Source: Paragordius varius (Eukaryota; Animalia; Nematomorpha). From it: a stretch of DNA of 64,000 nt. Positions 1 through 12,828 of the stretch are shown here, in pieces. The stretch spans positions 5,332,001 to 5,396,000 of the forward strand of contig OZ176054.1 in the NCBI GenBank assembly GCA_964247055.1, given 5' to 3'. The notes beneath the pieces are model-generated. The model did no database searches. It was not told the origin of the DNA and worked only from the letters and a program-made list of their open reading frames with translations. Positions within the stretch are counted from its first letter, which is position 1. Each line of letters starts with the position of its first letter. Made by a program: the position numbers and the translations under genes.

Positions 1-606
1 AATTTTTTCCCTACTTTGAGATACCCCTAAAAAACATTTTTTCTCAAAGACTATTATAATAATCAAAATATTTTTCAAAGGCTTTAAATTTTTTTTGGAG
101 GCACGATAAACCCAATTAACCTGTATATAGAGATAAATAGGTTCAATGTCAGTTGTTATAAGGACTTGATCATCATTAATTTTTAAAGTTTAATCTTTTT
201 ATATTAAAAATTAGAGTCTAAAGATATGTTCATTTAACAAAATGGTACACACTATTAAATGGAAACATATTTATATTTTAAAAACACGAATTATAAAATA
301 ACAGTTTTAAAATTAAAATTTAGCGCCATTCCAAATCATCAGTTTACCCCCTTTAACATCTATTTACCTCTTGAAAATAGTTTAAACTCAAAAAACATCA
401 CCTTATTTTTGTACGAACCTATGTTAAAAAATAGAGAACTGTGTACGTTGAAATATAGATAAATTATTTTTCATGTGATAAAAAAACGGTTTGGGCCTTA
501 TACGATTTGTATGATTGGTTTCAAATCCTAATATATGCCGGATTATGAATTTTGAAAGGATGCGATATACATATTATTTTTTATCCCCTTGGAGCAAAGT
601 ACTACC

Positions 607-1570
607 ATAACATTGGACAACAAATTTTTCTGCCACTATTTTTTGCATTTTCTAATATTTACCATCATTTTAACAGTAAATCTGAAATAAAAATTATAAC
701 TTCACCTAAAAATTTTGTATAATTTGATTTTTTTGTTATGCGGCCTCTTTATCAACATTTTACTAAAAATGTTTTTCTTTGAAAATATACAAGAAATGCC
801 CATTTGTAATATATCATTCGAAAGAGTAATAAAAACTCTATAAAATGCATACTAATATGTTTTACATCGATAGTTAATATTGGACATAGAGAGCGAGAAA
901 CGCGCGAAGAAGAGCGTTTTTAATTAATATATTTTTAAAACTAATGGATGAAAATAGCTCAAACTTTGTCTAGATGGTGAATGTCCAAAAAAGATAACAA
1001 GAAAGTTTTTTTGATTAAAACATTTTTTTATTGCTTTTATGTCACTTAAAAGAGCCATTTTAATTTTTGTTTTTCAAAAAATTTCCATCTCATCAATATT
1101 AATTTATTTTATTTACGAGGCTTATAATATCAAAAATTTGATGGCAAAAACTAAGTTTAAGGTATTTTTGATCTTTTATAGCCATTATGTAATAAATTTA
1201 CAATTATAACTATGCATTTTAGTATCCACTAAGTAAAATAATTATGATAAAAATAATTTTTATCAAAAAAGCAAACAAAAGCTTTTTCAAAGAGTTTTTT
1301 AAATATAACCCTAATAATCATATTAAAATAATTTATATCATTTTCAAATTAGTTTGTCTGTGAAAATTTTTGAATTATTTAAGGGTTGAAAATTTCGACC
1401 ATATAAACCCAAATAACATTTAAATCCCATTCATTTAAACGACTTACGACCATTTAGAGATAGAGTTTTTTGCGCTCTTTCGAACGATATAAATTAAATG
1501 GCTTTCTATCTATTTTAATTTTGAAAATTTCGAGATGTTAAATCGGGGCCAAAAATTATCGATAAACTGT
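607..1570 (+). mobile_element. ~0.95-kb interspersed repeat (probable non-autonomous DNA transposon), copy 1
   Basis: Colinear with the reverse complement of 46688-47580. Shared blocks include atttttctgccact, aaatgcccatttgtaatatatcattcgaaagagtaa and ggggccaaaaattatcgataaac. No coding capacity seen. Confidence 0.8.
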
Positions 1571-1574
1571 AATA

Positions 1575-1946
1575 TATACCATTTACAGTTCAAATTCACC
1601 CTTGAACCATTCAAATTCACCCTCGAACAATTCAAATTCACCCTTGAACAATTCAAATTCACCCTCGAACAATTCAAATTCACCCTAAAAATAAATTATG
1701 TGTTTTCGAACTAATATAACTCATTATTAGTATAAAATATATCTTTTTGGCATAATTAATTATTTTTTTCAGTAATATTTTAATTTAAAACAAAATTTTA
1801 TTTTTTAAAAATATAAAAAAATATAGGTAATTTTTAATCTTAAAAAAAATGTTATTTATTTGAGGGTGAATTTGAATTGTTCGAGGGTGTTGAATTGTTC
1901 AAGAATGAATATTGTTTAAGGGTGAATTTGAACTGTAAATGGTATA
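1575..1946. mobile_element. Foldback-like MITE with modular 21-bp subterminal repeats
   Basis: TIR tataccatttacagttcaaattcaccctt at 1575 and its reverse complement ending at 1946. The left arm has 4-5 tandem copies of ttcaaattcaccctYgaacMa, the right arm has degenerate inverted copies, and the core is AT-rich. Confidence 0.85.
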
Positions 1947-2339
1947 AAAAAATCTTAGGTGTTAGACCAATTTTCTTTTTGGATATACTATTTATGTACT
2001 TTAATAAAATAAATTTTAAATTTACAAGAATGGCAGTTAAAAAAGTCAAAATATGTTGTCTAGTGTAATCCTTTATTTTGGCGTTAATCAGGTTTTCCCA
2101 GGATTGATTTACAAACGATAAATAGAATATAAATATTTTTTAGCACAAAAAAGCTTAAACTGGTATTTAATCTATACAATTTCATTAATATAATTTTTCA
2201 GCCGATGATATAAGCAGCAACCTCCAGAAAAGCATTTAAAACGGATTTCTTTCAATTCCATATTCTTCAATAGTTAAATTTTCACTACCGTATAAAAAAA
2301 ATTAGTATTATTGGATTATCAATCTAGTTTTTGAATTTA

Positions 2340-2980
2340 TATGTGTTGTTCTATAGGATTCCAGATAAAATTTGTATATGAGTATTTGTCTTTGGATGTT
2401 TTGAGTTTGTATATGATTGCTCTTAAATAAATATAAAATTTGTAACAAATTATAAGTAGGCATAGTGGCATATGGCCTCTTAATTTTATTTCTGATATAT
2501 TGTTCATTCCAAAAAAAAGGTTAAACAGAATGGGTAAAGATGGACCCTTTCCATAAATCTTTGTTTATTGGGAACCAAGAGGTTAAGCTATGAAATGTAA
2601 AAAATAACAGGTTTGAAGTACACCAAATTGAATTTGTTAGACCAATCGGTAATAAGAGACACCTAGCTTATTTTAGAATTGCAAACTCTTCTCCATTATC
2701 CATCAGAGATTAGACACTCATGGCATCTTCTCTTAGAGCCTGCTTGTGTCAAAGATAGGTAGGATGCTAAACGGTTTTCCTTGACTTAAAAAAATTAAAT
2801 TGCAATACATGTTTATTCTAATTACTCTACGAGATTAATTAATAAGCATAAAATCAGATAGATATGGGCATCGAAATACGAATATTGAAAAATATAAAAT
2901 CGGAAAAGATAATTGAAACAGGTCCCAGAAGCATTCATTAAATGGATAATATATTGCATCTCTCGAGGATTCTGACTGAA
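2340..2980 (+). CDS. Unidentified spliced coding island (strand and frame uncertain)
   Basis: Short open stretches separated by GT..AG mini-introns, e.g. FEVHQIEFVRPI / ELQTLLHYPSEIRHSWHLLLEPACVKD and VPEAFIKWIIYCISRGF*. No family recognised; could instead hold the FDXR 3' exons on the minus strand. Confidence 0.25.
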
Positions 2981-3099
2981 ATTATCTGCAAATCCTTATG
3001 ACAACAAAATCACAAATTTTACATATGATAACAATAATAATCTACTATAAGCCACCATTCCTATCCATCAATATAAAATATTGCGTGAAAAATAAAAAA

Positions 3100-4851
3100 T
3101 ATATCAACTCAAATTTTCAATTAAATATATAATGTATATAAATTTGTTTTTAAATTTATACCATATGATAATATTAGACATCCTAAACAAATTCGAAACT
3201 TAATCGCAATATAAAAATTTTAAGATAAAAAAAATCATTTAAATAACTTTCCATGGTCACATATGCACACATTAATTGCATTTTTTAGCCTACGAAAATA
3301 ATATAAAAAATCCTTATATATTTGTTAATAAACAACTCTTGATTGATAAAGAGCCTGTAAATCAGATTATATGTTCATACAATATTATTTCTAAGTATGT
3401 CAATTTAAGATACACACGAAAACAAAATATGTTTTAACTTTTGAGGGTATAAAAAATGATAGAGCAATAATTTTTTGGCAATTTATCGAGTTTAAAATTG
3501 AAAACGCTGATCCAGATACCAATAATTTTCATCAAATTAACCATTTTATTTTTCATCTAGCTTATTTTGCCTCAATATACAACATATGTGTGTATATACA
3601 ATTTTAGACTACACGGTATATATATATATATAATTAAATAGTTTTAATTATAACAAAGTTTCATCTGTAACGTTAATTGTATTGTAAACTTTAAAACCTA
3701 TTGAGCGCGATTGTTTTCAAGCTTATTTAAAAAATTTGAATTACACAAAATATTCAAAAAAAAATATAATTCTTTGTATTTCGAATAGCCACAAAAGATT
3801 GTAGCTTAAGGCAAATGAGATACTAATACCACTATTTTTAACTAAGGATTTTTAAACCTCTAAAACATGCACGATAAAAAAGGCACTTATTTAAATCTTA
3901 AAATCTTACACCATAATTTTTTCATTTGAAATATATAAAAATATACCATTGTCGGTATTTTGAAAATCTTTTTGATCAAAATGTATTTTGCAATTGGGTA
4001 AAACGCTTAATTGTCGCAATTCTTTGGTGGTGAATGTAGATTGCAATGGTCCTTTACGACCAGTAATTATAATTTTGGAGGGGCGATTCGAATCTATAAA
4101 TAATAAAACGGATTTGGATATTGAGGTGTCCTACGATCTATATGATAAATATGATACTTCAAGATATTGTTTAGGTTCTAAAAATATGCGGGCTATATCT
4201 AAACTCACGTTTCCTACCCCAATAATGAGAACCGTTTTACCAATTTTTGGGACTAACTTATGTGATGGTTAATTGAAAATTATACTGAAACAAAATTTGG
4301 ATGACTATTGTACCAACCGACAATTTGTTGGGCTGAATAAACTCCTTGACTATCCTACAATAAAAAGGGTATGCCTGTACCTCTCCTTTTATATTAAGCC
4401 TTTGATCATTAAATGCCCCATATGCCTAAAATTAAAATATAAAAACCAAAACAACGGCATCATAATTCATCAATATGTTTTTTAAACTGATATCTTTGCC
4501 GACGTTTATGTTTTCATAGATTTTTAATTGGTTCGATTTTAAGAGGTTATTGAATTTTTGCATCATTTTCTGGTATGACAAAATATTTTACTTTGATAGA
4601 TAAATGATCTGGAGCTACACCATATCTTAATAAACCATAAGGCAATGACAATTTCTCTAATATATCAATATTAATGTCTGGTTTATTCTTCAATAAATGT
4701 TTCCTCAAACTTTAATAAGATGTTGTGCCACATAAAATGCGGATGGACCAGCTCCGACAATACATATGCGATAATTGCGGAAATAACACCAAAATAAATA
4801 GTGTGATCTGAAAATTTTCCTGTTACTTTTTAAATTTTTGAAGTAAAACAT
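3100..4851 (-). CDS. FDXR: NADPH:adrenodoxin oxidoreductase (ferredoxin reductase), mitochondrial; 3' end unresolved
   Basis: Spliced translation from ATG 4851: MFYFKNLKSNRKIFRS... ICIVGAGPSAFYVAQHLIK, YGLLRYGVAPDH, YDAVVLAYGA, GVYSAQQIVGWYNSHP, LIIGVGNVSLDIARIFL, GRKGPLQSTFTTKELRQL. These are the FAD/NADPH motifs of FDXR. Introns are 21-29 nt. Exons below ~3920 are only tentative (GCLILSYG near 3160). Confidence 0.9.
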
Positions 4852-4907
4852 TTGTAAAACACATTGGTTTAACAGTATTATAATTTACCATGTGATGTTA
4901 TTGCGAG

Positions 4908-7900
4908 ATGTGTGATCTACCAATATATTCCATTAAAACCAAGTTTTTAACAAATTTATCGGTTCACAACGTGATAATTTTGTGTGGACAAACAGGTTGT
5001 GGGAAATCTACACAAGTAATAATTTTGATCAATTTATTAGATCCCTAAAATTTTATATATGTCTGGGTATGGAGAAAAGGGAGTAATTGGTGTTACACAA
5101 CCCCGAAAAATAGCTGCGGTTGCCTTGTCTAATCGCATGTCATCCGAGATGAATTCTTTCTCTGGTCTCGTTGGTTTTCAGGTTAGATACAATAACACCA
5201 TAAATATCAACACCAACAAAATTAAATTTATGACTGATGGTATACTGTTTCGAGAAATTCAATCAGATTTTTTATTGCTCAATTATTCCGTAATAATAAT
5301 TGATGAAGTGCATGAAAGAAGCATTTATACTGGTATAAATATATTTTATTTTACTGTAGATCTTCTCCTTGGTCTACTTTCCAGAATAGTTGAACTACGG
5401 TCAAAAAGAGGAATTCCACTAAAACTTATTATCATGTCGGCAACATTAAACAATAATTATTTAAATGAAAAGTTTCTTTTATGATTTTATATGATAGGTT
5501 ATTCAAAAATAAACCTATATTTATGTATGTACCGACTCGAACATTTCCCATAAATATTCATTATGCCAAAAAAACACCACATGATTACGTTGGGAATGCA
5601 TTTATTAAAGTTTAAATATATTTTTTAAGTTTATAGGTTTGTAAAATACATCAAAATTTACCGGCTGGTGGAATTCTTGTCTTTTTGACAGGAAAACAAG
5701 AAGTTTTAACCTTATGTAAACGGCTTACAGAACGCTTTGGTTCCACCACGTCCATCCATAAAAACTCTATTAAAATTTATTCCCTCTATTCTTTGTTATC
5801 AGCGAAAAAACAAGCCCAAATTTTTTCACATTCCCAAAACCATGCCCCTAATGTACGCCTTTGTGTAGTATCCACAAATGTTGCTGAAACATCCCTAACC
5901 ATACCTGGGATCTCGTATGTGGTTGATTGTGGCAAAGAAAAGAAATTGCATTACAATGATAATTTAGTTAATGGTAAAAGTTAATAATTTATATTTTCCA
6001 AAGGTTATTATATAACTTAATCTATCGTACTGTTAACATTAGCAAAATATATCAAACATAGGAAGCTTTATAGAATAATAGATTATGCACAAAATATATG
6101 ATAAACTTAGGCAAACGCAGAAAGCATATCTACAGACATAGGTGCTATTTTTAACAGTTTAAGTAATTTTGTTAAAAAACAATCCCCAGCCTATATGATA
6201 TATCCAAAATAAAAAACGTCATATAAATTTATTTTTCGTAAAACTAGATAAAAGGGGATCATCACCCAAAAATATTTCTGACAATCTTAAATCGTACCCT
6301 CTGAGTGAATAAATATGAATTTATATTTAGCGGGTGGTGGTTGCTTTCCCGAAACTCGAATAGATTGGATTTCTCAGGCTTCAGCTGACCAAAGAGCCGG
6401 TCGATGTGGACGTGAAGGTGTTGGACATTGTTATAGGTATGAATATATAGAATAATTAAGACAAAACACAAAAATTGCATTGTCAAAATATCATATTTTA
6501 AACTTTCTATTTTGTATCAACCCTATCGTTTTGGGTTTCAAAGTGATTATACAGTTGTGGTAAGACACTTAATTAATATGCAAAATATGGTTTCCCCATA
6601 AAATATATTAGTCTTCAGTGAAATCAAACCATATTTTTATAAGAATTATCATATTAAAATTGATATTTGATATAACTTAACGGTTAAGACGCGAAAAAAA
6701 TGGAGATGTCAATTTATACACACTCAATTATATATTTCAAAATTTTTAATCAAATAGGTATAGTAAAAATCAATGATAAAAAATATGGTTTTCTTTTATA
6801 AGAAAATGGTGAGCATACTTTTTTATGTATTGCCTTTATAATTTTAGATTTGACTGTGACATATTTTTGTGTTCTTGAATAGGTTATATACTTTAGTGGC
6901 ATTTCACTCTTTTAACCAATACTCTCAACCAGAAATACTCAATGTACCGCTTGATGGAATGGTATTAAATCTCAAATCATTGCATATAGATCGGGTAACC
7001 AAAAATATATTTATTATCGCATTTAATTATAATATCAACCCATTTTATTATTAATTCTTCAAGGAGCATAATATGCATGTAAGGGTTTAAAATAATTGTA
7101 TTAATTGAAAAAATTTAATAATTATATAAATAATTGATAATGAATACTGATATCTATCGTATTTTATATCAACTTCCATATTCTCATGAAACACATATCT
7201 ACCAACAATTTCAAAGTGGATAAAGATTTTTCATTCAAAAAATAGCTTACTTTTTTGTTTAAATTATTAATTTTTATTTTATAGGTTCAAAATTTTCCTT
7301 TTCCCACATCACCACCTACCAACCGTATATATATGGCGTATTATCTATTATGTCTCCTGGGCTTGATTCATCCAAAAAATTTCAATCAATTCAATGTCGA
7401 AAATGGAAAATTATTACATTATTTTGGATATTTATCCAAAATAACTGACATTACTGAATTTGGTATATATACATTATTATATAATCAAAAATAAATTATA
7501 ACTTTAAAGAATTTTATTTTATCACTCATTATGATCCACTTTTATTAATTCAAAAATGGATTATTTTAATGTTTTTTAAAGGTTTTTATCATCGTTTGCT
7601 TTTTTATCTTAGAAGTATGATAGGGTTTAATTATTTAAATCAGGGATGGTTAATACAAGCGGCTTCGCCGTATTTTTAACTCAAAATTTCGGCGGGCCAT
7701 ATTTAAAATATATATATATATAAGAATTCATAAATAATTTATTCGATTTTGTTGAGTCTACATGAAAACCGAATGTAATAATTTTTTCTCGATTGGATAG
7801 ACTTATTTAGAATAAATTATCCAAGATTTATCAATTTTACTAAAATTTTATGAGCCTGTTTTGCAAATTATGGGTTAAATTTTCGCGGGCCGCATGTTGC

Positions 7901-10900
7901 TCTATTTTAAATTTATATAGTGCTCAATATGCAAAAAAAATTTTATATAAATAAATTTATTATCTATTTAAAAGAATCATTTTTAAAAATAATATATTTT
8001 AATAACTAGTAATAAATAAAATTGTTTGAAATCGTGGGCTTGTATATTCACCTCATTTAAGAATGATGCAAATGGCATACATTTTTCCATTATTTGAATT
8101 TATAAATATCGTTATATATAAATTAATATAACAAAGCAATCAAACAACATTTGTTTTTTTTTGATTCAATTAATATATTTTTTCTTTGTTTTATAGACAC
8201 TATTGATTTCACCTTGACAGAGTTGGGGGATATGTCCAATTTATTTCCATTGCATCCCAGATATGCCAAACTTATTTCCTCTACACTGATGGTTGTAAGC
8301 ACAGAAAATGACTCTAAAAAATGTTATACCTTAGCTTTAGCCTTGTCTTCAGCCTTAACAGTTCGCGAACTGTTTGAGAAATCACATAGAAATCTACAAT
8401 CCTCCTTGATTGATTGCAAAAATAATAGTGTGGATGAAGAAATACAATGTTTGGGTGATGTTATGACCCTATTTAAAGCAATTGGAGCATTGGATGTTTT
8501 TTGTGAGACTTTCATTTTTTGATAGATAATAATACTTTGTTACTTGTAATGTAAATATATTTTTCGGGGCTTTTTTGTTTAAAATCAATAATTTTTGCTC
8601 AAAACAGTCTCTACTGTAGAAAAATCTAAAATTATGATTATAATGTGTGTGGGAAACCAGTTATTAGTTAATTCTAGGATAATATGTGATATATATATAC
8701 TCTAAGAACCCATTCATTTTTGACTATTGTTAAAATTAATGCTATTTTAATTTACGCAAAATTTTTTATCATGGTAATTTTCGCCATTTATAATGTGATA
8801 TCCTCCAAATAGTTTACATTGAAAACATTAATAATTTTAATCGCCACTCATACCTCAAATTGACCCATAAAAAATTATTATCAACCAACAATTATAATAA
8901 AAAATATTTTTAAATTTACCATTTACGAGAACTGAAACTATTAAAATATAATTTATTGGAAATTGAGTACATTTTGTAACTAACTGCATTGTGGTTGTAC
9001 AGATGTATTTATATATTTTAGAAAGGATAATTGGCTATTAACTAAATTAAAATACTATTTGTATTAAATACAATGTCATGAAGTTCATATAAATTATCCA
9101 TATATATATTAATAATAAACTTAAGATTATAAACTTGGCATTTGTTAAATTAGAATACTATTTGTATTAAATACAATGTTAATGAAGTGTACATATAAAT
9201 TTTCCATATAAATAATAATAATTTAACCTAATGTTATAAACAATTAACAATATCTTTCTCCTATAGTAAAGCGATCTAGGGGTTTTCGCTGGCGTTGTGG
9301 ATATCTAGGTTTAGGTGTGTTTATACTCGTTGTCGGACTTGCGTTGTTATCATGTGTTGTTATGTCTATCATCGTTGATTGGATGTCATTGTTTGCGGCT
9401 TCAAGATCTTGTGGATTAGAGGTATCTTCTGAAATAATTGGTATTTCCGGTATTGGCGTGGTTGTTCTCGGACTCTCCATTCCTTGTAAATCAGCGTGTT
9501 TTATAAAGGACTCTGCCGGTTTCATCCTTTACCATATATGAGAATAAACCCTTGCGTTCTAATACTTTCCCTGCTTTCCATCCTTTTTCTATTTCATTCT
9601 TTATAAAAACCGTCTGCATTGGAAAGAATTGGCGAGTCGGTTCTATTTCATTAACGATAAACTCAGTTGTTTGCGAATTGAGCCATGACATTGGACCATT
9701 TGAGTGTCTTTTCAGAAAGACCTTCGATGGGTTATTTATAATTGCTTTGTGTGTGCGATAGCCATATAATATTGTGTTCATTGCCTCGTGTGCATGCATT
9801 GTCTGAGTCTTGGTAGCTCTATATCGAAATAAGGTTGCAATATATCTGTCAACCAATCTATTGGACTTGGGATGATATGGACCTAAAATATGTTTTATAT
9901 TAAGATTATGTAAGGTACTTCTGAATTCATGGGATGTAAAATATGGTTTATTATCGGTAACCATCTGTCTCGGGAAATCAAATCTCGCCATATGTTTTTC
10001 TATGCAATTCCATATTTGTTGTGATGTTATTGATTTAAGTAGATCAACCTCAACCCATCTGCAAACACTATCAATCGCGACTAACCAAAAATAACCGTCT
10101 ATGGGTCCGGCTATGTCGATGTGAATTCTCTCCCACAACGCGGTGTTGAAATCCTATTTCTACATTTTGATTTCCTTTATATTTGGCTTGTTTTTTTGAC
10201 ACCGTTCACATGCTTCTACAAAATTTTCTTAATCTCTTTCTAAATTTGGCCAATATATGGATTGTCTTGCTTGTTGTTTCATCGATTGCACTCCGTTATG
10301 TCCAGTATGTAAAATTTCGTTACGTCCCGCTGCAAGGATGTGGGTATTAGTAATCTTTCATTTACAAATGAAAATTATAGTATAATTGAATTTCATTTTT
10401 TACTTTAAGGTTCTTTAATATTTGGATCACTCCAATCATTTGTCCTTATTGCTGATTTAAGTTTGTTTGACTGGATCTAACATTATCTCATTTTCCACTC
10501 ACTCTTTACTTAGCTTAAATTTATTGATAGATAAAATACCGTCTGTGATGCATTATCATCTTCATTTCGCACATCCATGGTATTATCATTATTTAGGAAT
10601 CTGTATAGAGCGTCCGCTAAATTGTTTTGCCCGTTCTTATATTCGATTTCATAATCTCCCGATGTTTTATAGATCCATCTAAGTAGTTTAGTATTATTAA
10701 TATTTTGTAAGTTTCGAGACCAAATAACCCGATTAGTGGTTTGTGGTCGGTTATAAATTTAAATTTTCTGCCATATATTTTTGGCTTAGACTTTTCTATA
10801 GCAAACGTGACAGCTTTTGTTTTTGTCTCTGTTGTTGAATAATTGGTTTCGGCATCGGTGCATTTGCGTGAGGCGTATGATATGGGACGCTTTCCTTCCG

Positions 10901-12792
10901 GGGTAATATGAAGTAAAATCGCTCCAAATCCTTTGTTTGATGCATCTGTTTCTATTAGTATCGGCCAATTTGCGTTATGCACTAATGTATTGTAATTTAT
11001 CATTAGTTGTTTTGCTGATAGGAACTCCTCTTCTTCAATCTCGGTCCAGGCCCATGTTCTAGTTGAACCTGTGTTTCTGTGAAGGTTGCATATCGCTTTA
11101 TGGAGATTTAGCAGTCCTAAAAATGACCTCAGTTCTGTCTTATTGGTGGGTCTCGGACACTTGATCAAAGCTTGAATTTCGTTATTGGTGGGACAAATTC
11201 CATTCTTTGAAATTTCAAATCCCATGTAATTGACAGATGAAGCGGCAAGTTGCAATTTGTCACTTCTCAGTTGATTTTCCTTCGAGATTTTCCTGAGTCC
11301 TGCAGGAATAAGTTTTTTAATATTTAATCATTTGGACTAATGTTTTTAGCTATTAAAATACAATTCACTTGCTTTAATATTGTTTAAAATCAGTGTTTGG
11401 ATCGTATTCGTTAATGATGATTTTGGAAATTTCATTTTCCAATCCTGGTCACGGCACCAATGAAATAATTAAAAGATAAATAAAATATATAATTAATTCA
11501 GAAGAAATTACCTCTAACCTATAAGATTCGCAAAAATGACGTACAATCAACGACAGTAGACATAACAACACATGATAACAACGCAAGTTCGACAACGATT
11601 ATCGAACACACCTAAACCCAGATATCCACGACGCTAGCAAAAACACCCGGATCGCTTTACTATAGGGCGAAGATAATATTAAATGTTTATAACCTTAAGT
11701 TAAATTATTTATTTATATGGATAATTTATATGAACTTCATTTATATTTTTGCCAACTTTTAATTATTTCATTATAATAATAATTTAACTTAAGTTTATAA
11801 ACAATTTTTGCAAAAATTTAACTTTATAAAATTAAATTTAATTTTGACAAAAGTATTAATGAACGTGATGGTTAAAAAACCGACCACTCAAATGTTGCCA
11901 AAATAAACTAAATCCAAGTTTATCAAGAAAATGTTATTCTATTTAAAACGGGCTCTAAGATAAACTTAAAGTTATTAAGGATTAATTATGTGTTTATTTT
12001 TAAACATATTATGGGTTTGATTTTTGATTACTAATATTTATAGCTGATATTATATTTACAGCAGAAAAAAGTGAAGGGAAAGAACCGCGCAAACGAAAAT
12101 ATTTCTGCAAAAAATTAAATATAAACTCTAAATCATTGAATGAATTTTATCTCCATAGAAAACATATTCATTCCATAGCCAATCGTATCGATAATACCAT
12201 CAATGGTTCAATATTTTATCAATTATTATAAATAGGCTTTGTGATAACAAATATATGTTATTGATTCTTTTTTTCAATTGATAACGTTGTTTTATCGAAA
12301 TATTTTTACAGTTAGTAATTGAAAAGTTTTTTTAATGTTCAATATATTCTTTAATAATAAAATGGGACTTTATTATATAAACATAAACAAATTTAAATAT
12401 AGGTATTAACCGTTTAAATATGATCAACCTATTTTATATTTAGGATGTTAGTTATGTGTAAATATGTATCTTTTTTTAAAAAAAATTATCATTTGCATAT
12501 TTTGATTACTAACCTTTGAATTGTTAATACATGGTTTTTGATAAAATTTAACTTAAATTTTTTTGAACAGAATATAAGCTTACGAGGATACCTCAACCTA
12601 TTCAATTACACGAATTTAGAAAGCTCTTATGCGCAAGTGCTGGATTTAACATTGCGAAAAGAATGTCCCTCACAGAGCAACAAATTAAAGCTTTATCTCA
12701 TGTCAAACCAAAAATTAATCGTATAAAATTTTCATAGAAGCTTATTTTTATTAAATAGTAACTAATATTAATTTAGAAAAATATTTCACTAA

Positions 12793-12828
<36 letters not shown>

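Noticed and set aside
1590-1690. 21-bp direct repeats resembling a CRISPR array
   Set aside because: The repeats are contiguous with no unique spacers, are mirrored in an inverted arm, have no cas genes nearby and lie in a eukaryotic context. They are transposon subterminal repeats.
3988-4485. Plus-strand ORFs of 94 aa and 70 aa in the ORF track
   Set aside because: Antisense shadows of FDXR exons on the minus strand.
9317-9761. Plus-strand ORFs 9317-9541 and 9552-9761
   Set aside because: Antisense to the gypsy integrase frame; no independent features.
11500-11745. Possible 5' LTR of the gypsy element
   Set aside because: It is inverted rather than direct, and includes pol coding sequence and the PPT, so it is not the partner LTR.
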